Of a stretch of 64,000 bases of DNA, positions 1 through 10,427 are shown piece by piece. This DNA is from Sedimentisphaerales bacterium (GTDB lineage Bacteria; Planctomycetota; Phycisphaerae; Sedimentisphaerales; SM23-30). The position numbers and the translations under genes are program-made. The notes under the pieces were generated by a model. It was not told where the DNA came from, did not search any database, and worked only from the letters and a program-made list of their open reading frames with translations. Every line of letters begins with the position of its first letter. Position 1 is the stretch's first letter. The stretch lies in NCBI GenBank assembly GCA_963666285.1, contig OY762711.1; one strand, 5' to 3'.

Positions 1-1038
1 GGAAAAGTTCGTGTAATAGAAAGATTTCTGGCAATAATGGCGTTTGTCGGAGTTATTGAAGCGATATCTACTTTTGTTATGAAATACATTCAACCTGATT
101 TGCGTATATCAACCGCCCTTTATCTATGGAGTATAATCTGGTGTTTATACCAGAAGAAATATCCATTTATTCTTATAATGCCGATATTACTGGTATGTTC
201 ACTGGCATCGGTTGCATCTGGAAAACGAACACCAATAGTACTATTGTCAATTATAGTCGGGGTGTACATGATTTACTTATTAAGGCTGATCTTTGTAAAA
301 AACCGGGACCATAAGGAATTTGTTCATAAATCAATAGAGCAATTCCTGGTAGTATTTCTGCTGATAATACTGGTGATTTCATTTTTGCCTGTTGCCAATA
401 TTGCATTGAACAAGGCCGGTGATAATTATCTTGTTAAAACAGCTTATGCAACAGTAAACAATGTTTATGAGATATTTTCTGGTAAGACCGAAGACAAGTC
501 CTGGAAGGGCAGATGGATAGAGTTGGATAATATTCTGGCATATATGCAGACCAGGCCGGAAACATGGTTATGGGGTGCCGGTTTTGGTTCAGAGATTGAC
601 CAGCCAGAAAATGAGAAAGTGGTTTTGACTAAAGAAGGTAAAATGCATAATGTCCACCAGGCATGGTCCGCATATATATTCAGGAGCGGAGCGTTGGGTT
701 TGATATTATTTGTACTTTTCTTTGCTAAAGTATTGTGGGTGTTTATACGGGGAGGCGGGCAGTATCTCAACTGGCAGTATTATACCTTGACTTTTGTGAT
801 GTTCAGTATAGTTGCGAGTTTTAGTGCTAATGTTATGCTGGAGAGTTTTGGTGATGCCTTTTTCTGTGCATTACTGTATTCCCTGACCAAAAACAGATAT
901 CCGGTTTCTCCGGTTATGCCTGTTCCGGTTTCAATGGAACCGGCAGCGATAGAAGATCCGTTAAATAAAATGCAGGATGAGTTTATAGAGTATGACAGAA
1001 TGAAGTCAGAGCAGAATGATTATGCCTCGATTAGATGA
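1..1038 (+). CDS. O-antigen ligase/Wzy-like polysaccharide polymerase (5' partial)
   Basis: Frame open from base 1; multiple TM segments; SWKGRW...WGAGFG...HNVHQAW...GALGL pattern typical of Wzy_C/O-antigen ligase. Confidence 0.75.
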   Translation, partial: GKVRVIERFLAIMAFVGVIEAISTFVMKYIQPDLRISTALYLWSIIWCLYQKKYPFILIMPILLVCSLASVASGKRTPIVLLSIIVGVYMIYLLRLIFVKNRDHKEFVHKSIEQFLVVFLLIILVISFLPVANIALNKAGDNYLVKTAYATVNNVYEIFSGKTEDKSWKGRWIELDNILAYMQTRPETWLWGAGFGSEIDQPENEKVVLTKEGKMHNVHQAWSAYIFRSGALGLILFVLFFAKVLWVFIRGGGQYLNWQYYTLTFVMFSIVASFSANVMLESFGDAFFCALLYSLTKNRYPVSPVMPVPVSMEPAAIEDPLNKMQDEFIEYDRMKSEQNDYASIR

Positions 1039-1124
1039 AAATGATGGTGGGATCTGATGCAGAGGAGTTTGGAAGTCAGGAAATAATATTGAGTTCAGCA
1101 GCGGCATTATGCTGCAAAATAAAA

Positions 1125-1153
1125 TACTCAAACTGACCGATGGCCAGTTTGAG
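1125..1153. repeat. Palindromic REP-like element, copy 1
   Basis: TACTCAAACTGACCGATGGCCAGTTTGAG; 27/28 identical to reverse complement of 49279-49306. Confidence 0.8.
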
Positions 1154-1327
1154 AGGTATTAGGTATTAGTTATTTGGTATTAGGGAAGGTTTGCCGCAAA
1201 GCGGCAGGCTAATTAAATCATTAATGTAACAATTTGCATTGAATTGTGTTACAGCAATAAAAAATGTAAAATCGGTCACTTTGAGTAAAATATTATGTTT
1301 GCCTGATGGATGAGAAGAGAATAAAGC

Positions 1328-3199
1328 ATGTGCGGTATAAGCGGAATAATTAATTTTTCCCAGAAGCAGGTCGAAAGATCGCTGCTGGAGAAGATGACCG
1401 AGGTTTTGTCGTCGCGTGGACCTGACGATACCGGGTACTGGTACGATGACAGGGCCGGTTTTGGGCATAAGCGTTTATCTATAATCGATTTGTCGGATGC
1501 CGGACATCAACCGATGGTCGATGAAGATAGCGGCTGTGTGGTAGTGTATAATGGGGAGATATACAACCATAACTCAATTCGAAAGACCCTGGAAGACCAG
1601 GGCTACCAATTTCAGAGCAGGACAGATACAGAGGTTCTGTTGAAAGCGTATTTGCATTGGGGCAAAGGTTGCCTGGAGAAGTTTAATGGTATGTTTTCCT
1701 TTGCGATCTGGGACGGCAGGGAGAAAAAGCTGTTTGCCGGACGAGACCGGCTTGGTATAAAGCCATTTTACTATTATAACAGCGGTGAAACATTTGTGTT
1801 TGCCTCCCGTCCGAAGTCGGTGATGCAGCATCCTGAATGCCGGGTGAATCTGGATATGACAGCATTAGGATTGTACCTTGATGTTGGTTTTGTGCCGTGG
1901 CCCTGGTCGATGATAGAGGGTATAAAGAAGCTTGAAGCCGGTCACTGGCTGGAGATAGATGCAACCGGTCGCCAGGTAATTAGCCAATACTGGTCACTTT
2001 CAGATCAGTGGTGTAAAGAGAAGTATGAGATAACCGAGCAAAACGCCCGTGAGATGCTGACAGAGCTGTTGAGTGACTCTGTGAAATTACGCATGGTAGC
2101 AGATGTGCCGGTAGGAGCATTTTTATCAGGTGGAGTAGATTCGAGTGCTGTTGTTGCGCTGATTGGCGATCATGCGGACATGTCAAGAGTGAAGACATTC
2201 TGCGTGAATTTTAATGATGAGAATAATTGCGATGTCAAATATGCCCGCGGGCTGGCAGACTATCTCGGCTGCGACCACCGCGAATATGATTTCATGCCGG
2301 AAGAGCTTATATCACTGGTAGATAAACTACCGGAGATTTATGATGAGCCGATAGCTGATATATCGCTTTTGCCGGTGCTGGCTTTATCGGAATTTGCTCG
2401 AAAAGAAGTTACGGTATGCCTCAGCGGCGATGGCGGCGATGAGTTGTTTGGCGGCTATCCCAATTACAAACGTTTAAAATGGTTTGATAAAATTAACCGT
2501 ATGCCGGGTGTAGTGAAATGCCTGGCAACCCGTTTTTTGCGAATGAAAAAAAGTCATACCGGCCAATTAGCAGTTGAAGCGATGAAGCTGGAAAATACCG
2601 TTCGGGTAGCGGCATTTATGAGGACGATGCGAAAAGATCTCGGTTCCCGGCCGGTACGTGAAGGTTTGGATAATGAAATTGATTTTTATACCCTGGCAGA
2701 AGAGATGAGCTATCATGGCAAGTTAAAGTCATACCTGGATGAAGCGACCTGCCTGGATGCCTTGTATTTTTTGCAGGATGACAATCTGCAAAAGGTTGAT
2801 GTGGCATCAATGGCATATTCACTTGAGGTGCGTGTGCCATTGCTGGATCATCGGATAGTAGAGCTGGCCGGGCGGCTGCCGGATAAATTGAAAATAAACT
2901 GCGGAAACCAGAAATATATATTGAAGCAAGCGGTTGAAGCTAAGGTTCCAGTCAATTTTTTTGACCGTCCGAAAGCAGGTTTTGCCCCTCCGATTGATAA
3001 ATGGATAAAAAACGAGTTGAAGGACTGGGTGATGGCAGAGCTTTCAAAGGATAAGCTGGAAAGGCTAGGAATACTGGATCACGGCAGGGTAGCAAATATC
3101 CTGGAGCTCCACATGTCAGGTAAGCGGGTATATTCATCTTATATATGGCTGCTGGTAAACCTGGTGAGATGGCAGGAATATTATAAGGTTGGAATTTAA
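1328..3199 (+). CDS. asnB: Asparagine synthase (glutamine-hydrolysing) family amidotransferase
   Basis: N-terminal MCGI (Ntn Cys), RGPDD, HKRLSIIDL, LSGGVDSS, SGDGGDELFGGY. Confidence 0.95.
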   Translation: MCGISGIINFSQKQVERSLLEKMTEVLSSRGPDDTGYWYDDRAGFGHKRLSIIDLSDAGHQPMVDEDSGCVVVYNGEIYNHNSIRKTLEDQGYQFQSRTDTEVLLKAYLHWGKGCLEKFNGMFSFAIWDGREKKLFAGRDRLGIKPFYYYNSGETFVFASRPKSVMQHPECRVNLDMTALGLYLDVGFVPWPWSMIEGIKKLEAGHWLEIDATGRQVISQYWSLSDQWCKEKYEITEQNAREMLTELLSDSVKLRMVADVPVGAFLSGGVDSSAVVALIGDHADMSRVKTFCVNFNDENNCDVKYARGLADYLGCDHREYDFMPEELISLVDKLPEIYDEPIADISLLPVLALSEFARKEVTVCLSGDGGDELFGGYPNYKRLKWFDKINRMPGVVKCLATRFLRMKKSHTGQLAVEAMKLENTVRVAAFMRTMRKDLGSRPVREGLDNEIDFYTLAEEMSYHGKLKSYLDEATCLDALYFLQDDNLQKVDVASMAYSLEVRVPLLDHRIVELAGRLPDKLKINCGNQKYILKQAVEAKVPVNFFDRPKAGFAPPIDKWIKNELKDWVMAELSKDKLERLGILDHGRVANILELHMSGKRVYSSYIWLLVNLVRWQEYYKVGI

Positions 3200-3208
3200 G
3201 ATTATATA

Positions 3209-4363
3209 ATGACCGGGAAAAGAGAGAAAATAAAAGTGCTACAGGTTTTGGGCGCGTTGGAAGTAGGCGGGCTGCAGAACTTTATCCTTGATGTTATCGA
3301 ACATATAGATAAGGACCGCTTCCAGGTCGATGTTTGTGAAATGGCAACTTCACCGGGTGAGCTGGCATATAAAGCTGAATCATTCGGAGCGAGAGTGTTT
3401 CAATGTTCTCAAAGGAGCAATCCGCTGACATTTGGAAGAAGGTTTTCAGAGATACTGAAAGAAGGCGGGTACCAGGTTGTAGAGGTTACCCGGGAAGGGA
3501 TGTCAGGTTTTCCAATAAAAATTGCGGCAAGATGCGGTGTTCCGGTGAGGATAACCCACTTTCAGAGTATGGACAGGGGGCCGGATAAGAAATTGAACAG
3601 GTCAATTACGGCTTTGAGTATGAAATATATTGATCGGTATTCAACAAAGATTACCGGATGCTCGAAAGGTGTAATAGAGTTTTATTTTGGAGAGGGTTGG
3701 GAAAAGAACGACAGGTTCGAGCCTATATATAACTCGCTTGGATTGCAGAAGTTTTTTGTAGGTGGTTCAGAGACCTCGCGGTTAAAGAAAGAGTTTAATA
3801 TACCGGAGAGCGGCTTTGTTGTCGGTACCTGTGCCCGGATTGACCCGATCAAGAATTATGAGTTGTGTGTTGAACTGGCGGCGAAGGTATTAGAAGAAGT
3901 GCCAGATATGTATTATCTCTGGATAGGCGGCGGCCCGGCAAAAGAAGCGGATATATTAAGGCGGAAAATTGCGGAATGTGGCTTAGAGAGTCGTTTTATT
4001 GTAACCGGCAATCGTCCTGATGTGCCGCGGCTGCTGAAATTACTGGATGTTTTTGTTTTATTATCAAAGTGGGAGGGTTTTGGTATTTCCGTGGCAGAAG
4101 CACAGGCGGCAGGGCTGGTGTGTATATCCTCAAATGCTAAGGCTTTTAGAGAGTCTATATGCCCGGAGATGCAGAAATACAGTTTTGATTTGAGTAATGG
4201 TATAGATCAAGCGGCAAAAGCCATAGTGGAATTAAGCAATAATAGCGAAGAACGAGAGAGGCTTGGCAATTGCGGCAGAGAATATGTAAAAATGTTTGAC
4301 ATAAAGCAAATAGTGAAGCAGGTTGAGAATATGTATCTGGAAGGGATGGCAGCGGCTGAGTAA
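3209..4363 (+). CDS. Glycosyltransferase family 4
   Basis: GT-B motifs: LEVGG, RIDPIKN, EGFGISVAEAQAAG. Confidence 0.9.
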   Translation: MTGKREKIKVLQVLGALEVGGLQNFILDVIEHIDKDRFQVDVCEMATSPGELAYKAESFGARVFQCSQRSNPLTFGRRFSEILKEGGYQVVEVTREGMSGFPIKIAARCGVPVRITHFQSMDRGPDKKLNRSITALSMKYIDRYSTKITGCSKGVIEFYFGEGWEKNDRFEPIYNSLGLQKFFVGGSETSRLKKEFNIPESGFVVGTCARIDPIKNYELCVELAAKVLEEVPDMYYLWIGGGPAKEADILRRKIAECGLESRFIVTGNRPDVPRLLKLLDVFVLLSKWEGFGISVAEAQAAGLVCISSNAKAFRESICPEMQKYSFDLSNGIDQAAKAIVELSNNSEERERLGNCGREYVKMFDIKQIVKQVENMYLEGMAAAE

Positions 4364-4364
4364 A

Positions 4365-5279
4365 GTGGTAACTGTAACTTTGATATTGTGTACATGTGAC
4401 CGTCCGGAGATGATAAAGCGATTGTTAAGTTCGTTAGAGGAGCTGACAGTCAAGCCGGACCAGATAATAATTGTAGATGCCAGCGAAGGTGAAGCTACCT
4501 CTGAGGTAGTGGCAGGTTTTAGCGGTTTACAGATAGAATATTACCGCAGCAGCAAGGGGCTGACATATCAGAGGAATGTTGGGTTGACCAAGGCCAAGTG
4601 CGATGTGGCCGGGTTCCTTGATGATGATATTGTGCCGGACCGGGATTGCTTTGAACAGTTGAAGTCTGTTTTTTCAGACGATTCAATTTATGGTGTTGTG
4701 CCATATATTTATGAAAACAACGAACAGGTACTTTCGGGTTTTAACGGTTTTTGCTTCAGGATAACCAGTAAACTATGGGGCAGGAAGTATATAGCAAAGG
4801 CATTGGGCAAAAATTATGTTCCGGATGAGGTATTTTCCGGGATTGTTGATGATGTGGTTGCTAACGGCTGTTCATTTTATCGAAAAGCAGTATTTGAAGA
4901 ATTCAGCTTTGCAGACTGGATGGAGGGGTATTGCTATGGCGAAGATGCAGAATTTGGTTTAAGAGTAAGTAAGCAACATAAGATAATCGGAAGCGGAGAT
5001 GTCAGATTACATCACTGGCATACCGGTACCGGTAAAGGTAACCCGTTTGTCGTTTCTGAGATGAGTGTCTATAATTATGTACGGATTATTGGTATTTCAG
5101 GTCAGAATTATATTATAGCACGAAAAATGGATATTGTATTACGCAGATTCGCATGTACAGTATTTCATTTTATTATTTCTCTATTAAAACTAAGAATTAA
5201 ACCGGGCCTGCTTTCTCTGGCGGGAGGTGCTTATGGAGTAATCAGGTCGTTTCCGTGGATAATAAAAAGGCAGCTATGA
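4365..5279 (+). CDS. Glycosyltransferase family 2
   Basis: ILCTCDR, IIIVDAS, QRNVG, FLDDD, GEDAEF; start uncertain (GTG 4365 just after upstream stop chosen). Confidence 0.85.
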   Translation: MVTVTLILCTCDRPEMIKRLLSSLEELTVKPDQIIIVDASEGEATSEVVAGFSGLQIEYYRSSKGLTYQRNVGLTKAKCDVAGFLDDDIVPDRDCFEQLKSVFSDDSIYGVVPYIYENNEQVLSGFNGFCFRITSKLWGRKYIAKALGKNYVPDEVFSGIVDDVVANGCSFYRKAVFEEFSFADWMEGYCYGEDAEFGLRVSKQHKIIGSGDVRLHHWHTGTGKGNPFVVSEMSVYNYVRIIGISGQNYIIARKMDIVLRRFACTVFHFIISLLKLRIKPGLLSLAGGAYGVIRSFPWIIKRQL

Positions 5280-6718
5280 AGAGCCTGAATATACTATTTA
5301 TATATTATGATGCAATAGAAGGTGACTGGGGTACCTATCATGAAGGTATTGCCACGATGGCGGCAATCTTGAAAGGCAAGGGGCATAGTGTCAGTCTGTT
5401 TCATATAGTAAATGATATGACGGCTGATGAGGTGGCTGATGTCTATAGTCGTCAATACAGTGATACGGATATTATCGCATGTTCAATAACAGAGCTGTCG
5501 CTTGGTTTTTATCGTGACTGCTTGAAGCGACTGCGAAGTGATTTCCAGATATATAGTGTTTGTGGCGGTCCGGTTGCCACTTTATGCCCGGAAAGAGTAA
5601 TGGCAGAGGAGTGTTTTGATGCTTTATGCAGGGGCGATGGCGAAGAGAGTTTTGCAGAGTTGTGTAGTCAGCTTGCAGAAGGTGTTCGGCCAACCGATAT
5701 TGCCGGATTCTGGTTTAAGGCAGGGGACGATATAATACAAAATCCGATCAGGCCGGTTATTAAGGAGATATCGAAATTTCCTATGCCTGACCGTTCCATA
5801 TTTGATATGGATAAAATCGAAGAGTATCGGTGTGATATTGTCCCGGTGATGGCAGCAAGGGGGTGTCCTTTCAATTGCAGTTTTTGCTGTAATCATGCAT
5901 TGAAAAATGTTCTTCCCAATAAAAAGGATTATATACGGTATAAAGATAAGGACAGGTTGGTTGAAGAGATCAAAATTGAGCTTGAGCGATGCAGAAAGCT
6001 TGGAAAGAAGATAAAAAGTATAAGATTTTATGATGATTTGCTGATAGCCAATAAAAAATGGTTTGCTGAATTTGCCGAAATTTACAGGCGAGAGATAGCT
6101 TTACCTTTCAGCTGTAATTGCCGTTTTGAGCTTCTGGATGATGAAATATTGCGAGAATTGAAAGATTCTGGCTGTTTTTCGATGCAGCTCGGACTGGAGA
6201 CCGGAAATGAAAAGCTGCGAAAGCAGGCACTGAATCGCAACCAGCCCAATGAGATGGTAATTGCCAAGTCAAAGCTGATTCATAAATGGGGTATAAAGTT
6301 TCATGTTTATACCATGGTTGGTATTCCGGAAGAGGATATGGCCAGTGCCCTGCAGACGGTGAAGTTTTCTGCCAGTATCCAGGCGGACAGTATGCAGGTT
6401 TCGGTATTGTATCCATTCTGGGGAACGGAGTTGGAGGCCGGCTGTGTTGAGAAAGGATATATAAAGAATAAAACAGTTGAAAATTATATGGAAGGTAAAT
6501 CAGTTTTAGAGCTGCCGACACTGACAAATAATCAGATTGGTCAGGTTCACAGTAATTTCCATCCGTTTTATAATTTATATAAGAGATTGTACCGAATGCC
6601 GGTTCTGGTTCATTATATTCCAGAAAAGATCCTGGATATTTTCTGGTATAATTATTCCGTTTCATGGCCGGTCAGGGTATTTTACAGATTTATGAGGCGA
6701 TTTAAGAGTTTGAGATAA
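5276..6718 (+). CDS. Cobalamin-binding (class B-like) radical SAM protein
   Basis: N-terminal B12-binding-like domain (GGPVAT, GDGEE) plus RGCPFNCSFC CxxxCxxC; ATGA overlap with upstream stop. Confidence 0.9.
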   Translation: MKSLNILFIYYDAIEGDWGTYHEGIATMAAILKGKGHSVSLFHIVNDMTADEVADVYSRQYSDTDIIACSITELSLGFYRDCLKRLRSDFQIYSVCGGPVATLCPERVMAEECFDALCRGDGEESFAELCSQLAEGVRPTDIAGFWFKAGDDIIQNPIRPVIKEISKFPMPDRSIFDMDKIEEYRCDIVPVMAARGCPFNCSFCCNHALKNVLPNKKDYIRYKDKDRLVEEIKIELERCRKLGKKIKSIRFYDDLLIANKKWFAEFAEIYRREIALPFSCNCRFELLDDEILRELKDSGCFSMQLGLETGNEKLRKQALNRNQPNEMVIAKSKLIHKWGIKFHVYTMVGIPEEDMASALQTVKFSASIQADSMQVSVLYPFWGTELEAGCVEKGYIKNKTVENYMEGKSVLELPTLTNNQIGQVHSNFHPFYNLYKRLYRMPVLVHYIPEKILDIFWYNYSVSWPVRVFYRFMRRFKSLR

Positions 6719-6719
6719 A

Positions 6720-7301
6720 ATGACAGACAATGATAATATAGGATTAAGAGATGAATCTGCGGGCGAGCGAGTGAACCCGTATAGTGTAATTCTGCTGATA
6801 GCAGTGTGGTCAATAGTTCGTGCGACATTGTTTCGCTATTCGCCGAAGCATTGTTATTTTTTTCGCAGATTTTTGTTAAGACTTTTTGGAGCTAAACTGG
6901 CATCCAGGGTATATATATATCCGAGTGTTCGAATAGAATATCCCTGGAAGCTGATAATGGAAGATTATACCAGTGTTGGTAGAGAAGCGTGGATCTATAA
7001 TCTCGAAACGGTCGAGGTTAAGAAGTTTGCGACAATATCACAGCGAGCTCATCTATGCGGCGGTACTCATGATTATCGCCTGAAGAACTTTCCCCTTGTG
7101 AGAAAGCCGATTGTAATAGGTGAGAACTGTTGGATTGCCGCAGAAGTGTTTATCGTACCGGGAGTTACAATTGGGAAAAACGCGGTGATAGGAGCGCGTT
7201 CGGTTGTGACTAAAGACATGCCCGCGGATATGATATGTGCGGGTAATCCATGCAAACCTATTAAGAAAAGGCTGGACAATCATCATGTGGGGTATAGCTG
7301 A
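6720..7301 (+). CDS. wcaF: WcaF-like polysaccharide O-acetyltransferase (hexapeptide repeat)
   Basis: LLRLFGA...YPWKL...ISQRAHLCGGTHDY...PGVTIG...GARSVV..D...AGNP. Confidence 0.85.
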   Translation: MTDNDNIGLRDESAGERVNPYSVILLIAVWSIVRATLFRYSPKHCYFFRRFLLRLFGAKLASRVYIYPSVRIEYPWKLIMEDYTSVGREAWIYNLETVEVKKFATISQRAHLCGGTHDYRLKNFPLVRKPIVIGENCWIAAEVFIVPGVTIGKNAVIGARSVVTKDMPADMICAGNPCKPIKKRLDNHHVGYS

Positions 7302-8073
7302 TTCATCGCAGGTGTCGGAAGAGCGAGTTAGATACCTGTCAGGTCGTTTGACGAATTTTTACAGTTCTTATAGAGAGTATCCTGTATTTAACGAAACACC
7401 GGACCATACCGGGTGGTATATTAATTTTCTGGAATATATAAAACCCGGATATAGAGTTTTGGAGCTGGGTGCAGGAAAGACAGTCTTTGGCGATTTTGCC
7501 AAAGAGCATAAGCTCGATATTGAGTTTCATGCCCAGGATATTACAGATATCAATAGTCAGTGGCTTTCGGAACATTCTGACAGGGTCTGGCTGTGTGATA
7601 TAGATGAAATTAAAGGTGAGAAATATGATTTGATATTTTCCACTTATGTGATAGAGCACCTGGTTGACCCGGAAAATTTCCTGGAGCAAGTTGATAAATT
7701 ACTCAAGCCGGGCGGTATTCATATTATCTTAGGCCCTAACTATGATTACCCTGGATATTTATGTCCGTCGTTGAGACATCATGCTTTATTGAACAGGATT
7801 TTATTAACTGTGTATCTGCTATTTATTAACCTGTCCAGATTGTTCAGGAGGAGAGCTTTATTCCTGGTAAACTATGACCCGGCAGTATTGCATCAGAGCT
7901 GATATCGTGATGCCGATGCCTGTCATATTGTGTCCCGGTTGGGGATGAGGAAGTGGTTCAAGTCGAAAGGGTATCGTGTCAAGACGATGAAATTCAGCGG
8001 AAAAAGAATAATAGACAAGATATTCAGGATGTGCTTTGTCCTGAAGCTTGTTTGTATTAAGAAAAAGAGCTAA
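7285..8073 (+). pseudogene. Class I SAM-dependent methyltransferase interrupted by an in-frame TGA at 7900-7902
   Basis: VLELGAG, YDLIFSTYVIEH; same frame continues 56 codons (YRDADACHIVSRLGMRKWFKSKGY...) to TAA 8071-8073, filling the gap before the next gene. Confidence 0.7.
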
Positions 8074-8092
8074 TTCAGGAAATGCATCGAGG

Positions 8093-9217
8093 ATGAGAAT
8101 AACAATAGTAACCGGTTCACTATATCCGCTGCCTCCGGTTGGTATAGGGGCGGTGGAAAAACGATGGTACGATTGTGCCAGGTATTTTGCCGGCAAAGGT
8201 CATCAGGTTAAGATGCTAGCCTGTCGCGGCAAAGGTGAGTTGAGCTATGAAAAGGTTGACGGAGTTGAGATTTATCGTTCGACGAACTTTACCAGCAGCA
8301 GGAAGTTGATGGTAAATGTATTTTATGAGTTTTTATATTCGCTATGGACGTTGGGCAGGCTGCCGGAAGCAGATGTTACGGTGGTTAATTCGGTTTGGCT
8401 GCCGATTTTTGCCTGTTTGAGAAAAGGGAAGGCCGGCAAGATATTTTATAACCTGGCGAGATATCCGAAAGGGCATTTGTGGTTATATAAACATGTTGAC
8501 AGGATTTCGGCAGGAAGCAGGGCGGTATATAATGCCGCTATAGAACAGACCCCTGCGATTAAAGGTAAAATGACTATTATTCCGAATCCGATTAACACGG
8601 AGATATTTTATAAAGCCATAAGGCAGGAAACAGAAGCAGAGAAAATAGTAATCGTATATAGCGGTCGGATTCACCCGGAAAAAGGTATAGAGATATTGAT
8701 AGATGCTGCCAGAGAGATTTTTCGGACGAATTCTGAAATAATCCTGCGACTGATAGGTACATGGGATATTGATAAGAGTGGTGGGGGCGAGAAATATGCT
8801 GCCGAGCTGCGTGAAAGAGCCGGTGATTTGCCGATTGAATTTACAGGTGCGATATCTAAGCCGGTTGATCTGGCAGAAGAGCTCAGGGCCGGGCATATAT
8901 ATGTCTATCCTTCGGTAGCAGATAAGGGGGAGGCCTTTGGTATTGCTCCGCTGGAAGCTATGGCACTGGGGCTGCCGGTAATAGTTTCAGAGTTGGATTG
9001 TTTTAAGGATTTTGTAGAAGACGGTAAAACCGGTTTGATATTCGATCATAAAAGTGACAAACCGTCGGCTAAGCTGGCAGGATGTATAAACAGGTTGTTG
9101 ACTGATGCTGCTTTGCGGGCAGAGATAGCAGGAAATGCAGCAGAAGCGGCGAAAAGATTCAGTATAGATAATATTGCAGAGCAATACCTGGCAGAATTTC
9201 AATCTCTGTGTGGTTAA
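8093..9217 (+). CDS. Glycosyltransferase family 4
   Basis: GAVEKRW, GRIHPEKG, EAFGIAPLEAMALG. Confidence 0.9.
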   Translation: MRITIVTGSLYPLPPVGIGAVEKRWYDCARYFAGKGHQVKMLACRGKGELSYEKVDGVEIYRSTNFTSSRKLMVNVFYEFLYSLWTLGRLPEADVTVVNSVWLPIFACLRKGKAGKIFYNLARYPKGHLWLYKHVDRISAGSRAVYNAAIEQTPAIKGKMTIIPNPINTEIFYKAIRQETEAEKIVIVYSGRIHPEKGIEILIDAAREIFRTNSEIILRLIGTWDIDKSGGGEKYAAELRERAGDLPIEFTGAISKPVDLAEELRAGHIYVYPSVADKGEAFGIAPLEAMALGLPVIVSELDCFKDFVEDGKTGLIFDHKSDKPSAKLAGCINRLLTDAALRAEIAGNAAEAAKRFSIDNIAEQYLAEFQSLCG

Positions 9218-9261
9218 TATATGCAGAGCAAGTTGGAAAGAGCCTAAAACAAGAGTAAATT

Positions 9262-10422
9262 TTGAAAATTATCCAGATATCAGGTCCGCTTCGAATAAGT
9301 ACCGGAGGTCCGAGGTATACAATTCAACGACTGTGTAACCTGCTGGGCAACAGGCATGATGTTAGAATAAGATTTATCGGCAGTGCGTTAGATGATCCTA
9401 TCGAGTGGGAAAGTGGTAATATAGAGTATTGCCAGATACCGGCATCAAAAAATCCATTAACATTGTTACCGTATAAGAATCTGCCGGATGATATATTAGA
9501 CGGGGTAGAGATAATTCATTCACACGGTTTATGGCACAGGGCAAATTATGTTGCCGGTGTTTTAGCAAAAGATAAGGTCCATGTCATTACTCCGCGCGGT
9601 ATGCTGACCAGGTGGTCGTTTAATTATAACAGGTGGAAAAAACGTCTTGCCTGGTGGACATTTGAAAAGAAAATAGTGCAGAGGGCAAGCTGCCTGCATG
9701 CTACAAGTCTGGATGAGGCAAAAGATCTGCGTGATATGGGTTTAAGAAATCCGATAGCAGTGATACCAAATGGTATTGATGTGCCGGAAGGGAAGCCGGT
9801 TCCATCCCGTGAAATCCTTGAAGAGAGATGGCCGGTGCTGCGTGATAAGAAGATTATGCTGTTTATGTCCCGGATTCATAAGAAAAAAGGTCTGGATATG
9901 CTGGCTGAGATTTGGGGCGAACTGGCGAGTAAGTATAAAGACTGGCACCTGGTGATTGCCGGAACAGACAAGGATAATCACTGGCATGAAGTAGAAAAGA
10001 TATTGCTGAATAACGGAGCGATAAATTCTACTCTTTATGTTGGTTTGCAGCATGGCAGGGAAAAAGAAGCCTTGCTGGCATCGTGTGAATTTGCGGTACT
10101 GCCGACTTTTAGTGAAAACTTTGGGGTAGTGATTGGCGAGGTTTTGGCGTATGGCAGGCCGGTTGTAACAACAACGGGGGCGCCGTGGAAAGAAATAAAT
10201 GAACATGAATGCGGCTGGTGGATAGAGCCGGATAAGGATTGTGTTAGAGATGCCCTGACAGCTGCGTTGGAAACAGATTGTGAAGAGTTGTGCCAGATGG
10301 GGCTTCGGGGAAGAATACTGGTCAAGGAAAAATACGGATGGGATTCAATAGCAGAAGAGATACATAGTGTCTATAAATGGCTGCTGGAAGGAAGAGAAAA
10401 GCCTGGGTGTGTGTTAGAGTGA
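9262..10422 (+). CDS. Glycosyltransferase family 4
   Basis: HSHGLW, TPRGML, SRIHKKKG, ENFGVVIGEVLAYG. Confidence 0.9.
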   Translation: MKIIQISGPLRISTGGPRYTIQRLCNLLGNRHDVRIRFIGSALDDPIEWESGNIEYCQIPASKNPLTLLPYKNLPDDILDGVEIIHSHGLWHRANYVAGVLAKDKVHVITPRGMLTRWSFNYNRWKKRLAWWTFEKKIVQRASCLHATSLDEAKDLRDMGLRNPIAVIPNGIDVPEGKPVPSREILEERWPVLRDKKIMLFMSRIHKKKGLDMLAEIWGELASKYKDWHLVIAGTDKDNHWHEVEKILLNNGAINSTLYVGLQHGREKEALLASCEFAVLPTFSENFGVVIGEVLAYGRPVVTTTGAPWKEINEHECGWWIEPDKDCVRDALTAALETDCEELCQMGLRGRILVKEKYGWDSIAEEIHSVYKWLLEGREKPGCVLE

Positions 10423-10427
10423 ATGTA

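Noticed and set aside
7900..7902. Genome-wide TGA recoding
   Set aside because: Many neighbouring genes end at TGA at their expected C-termini
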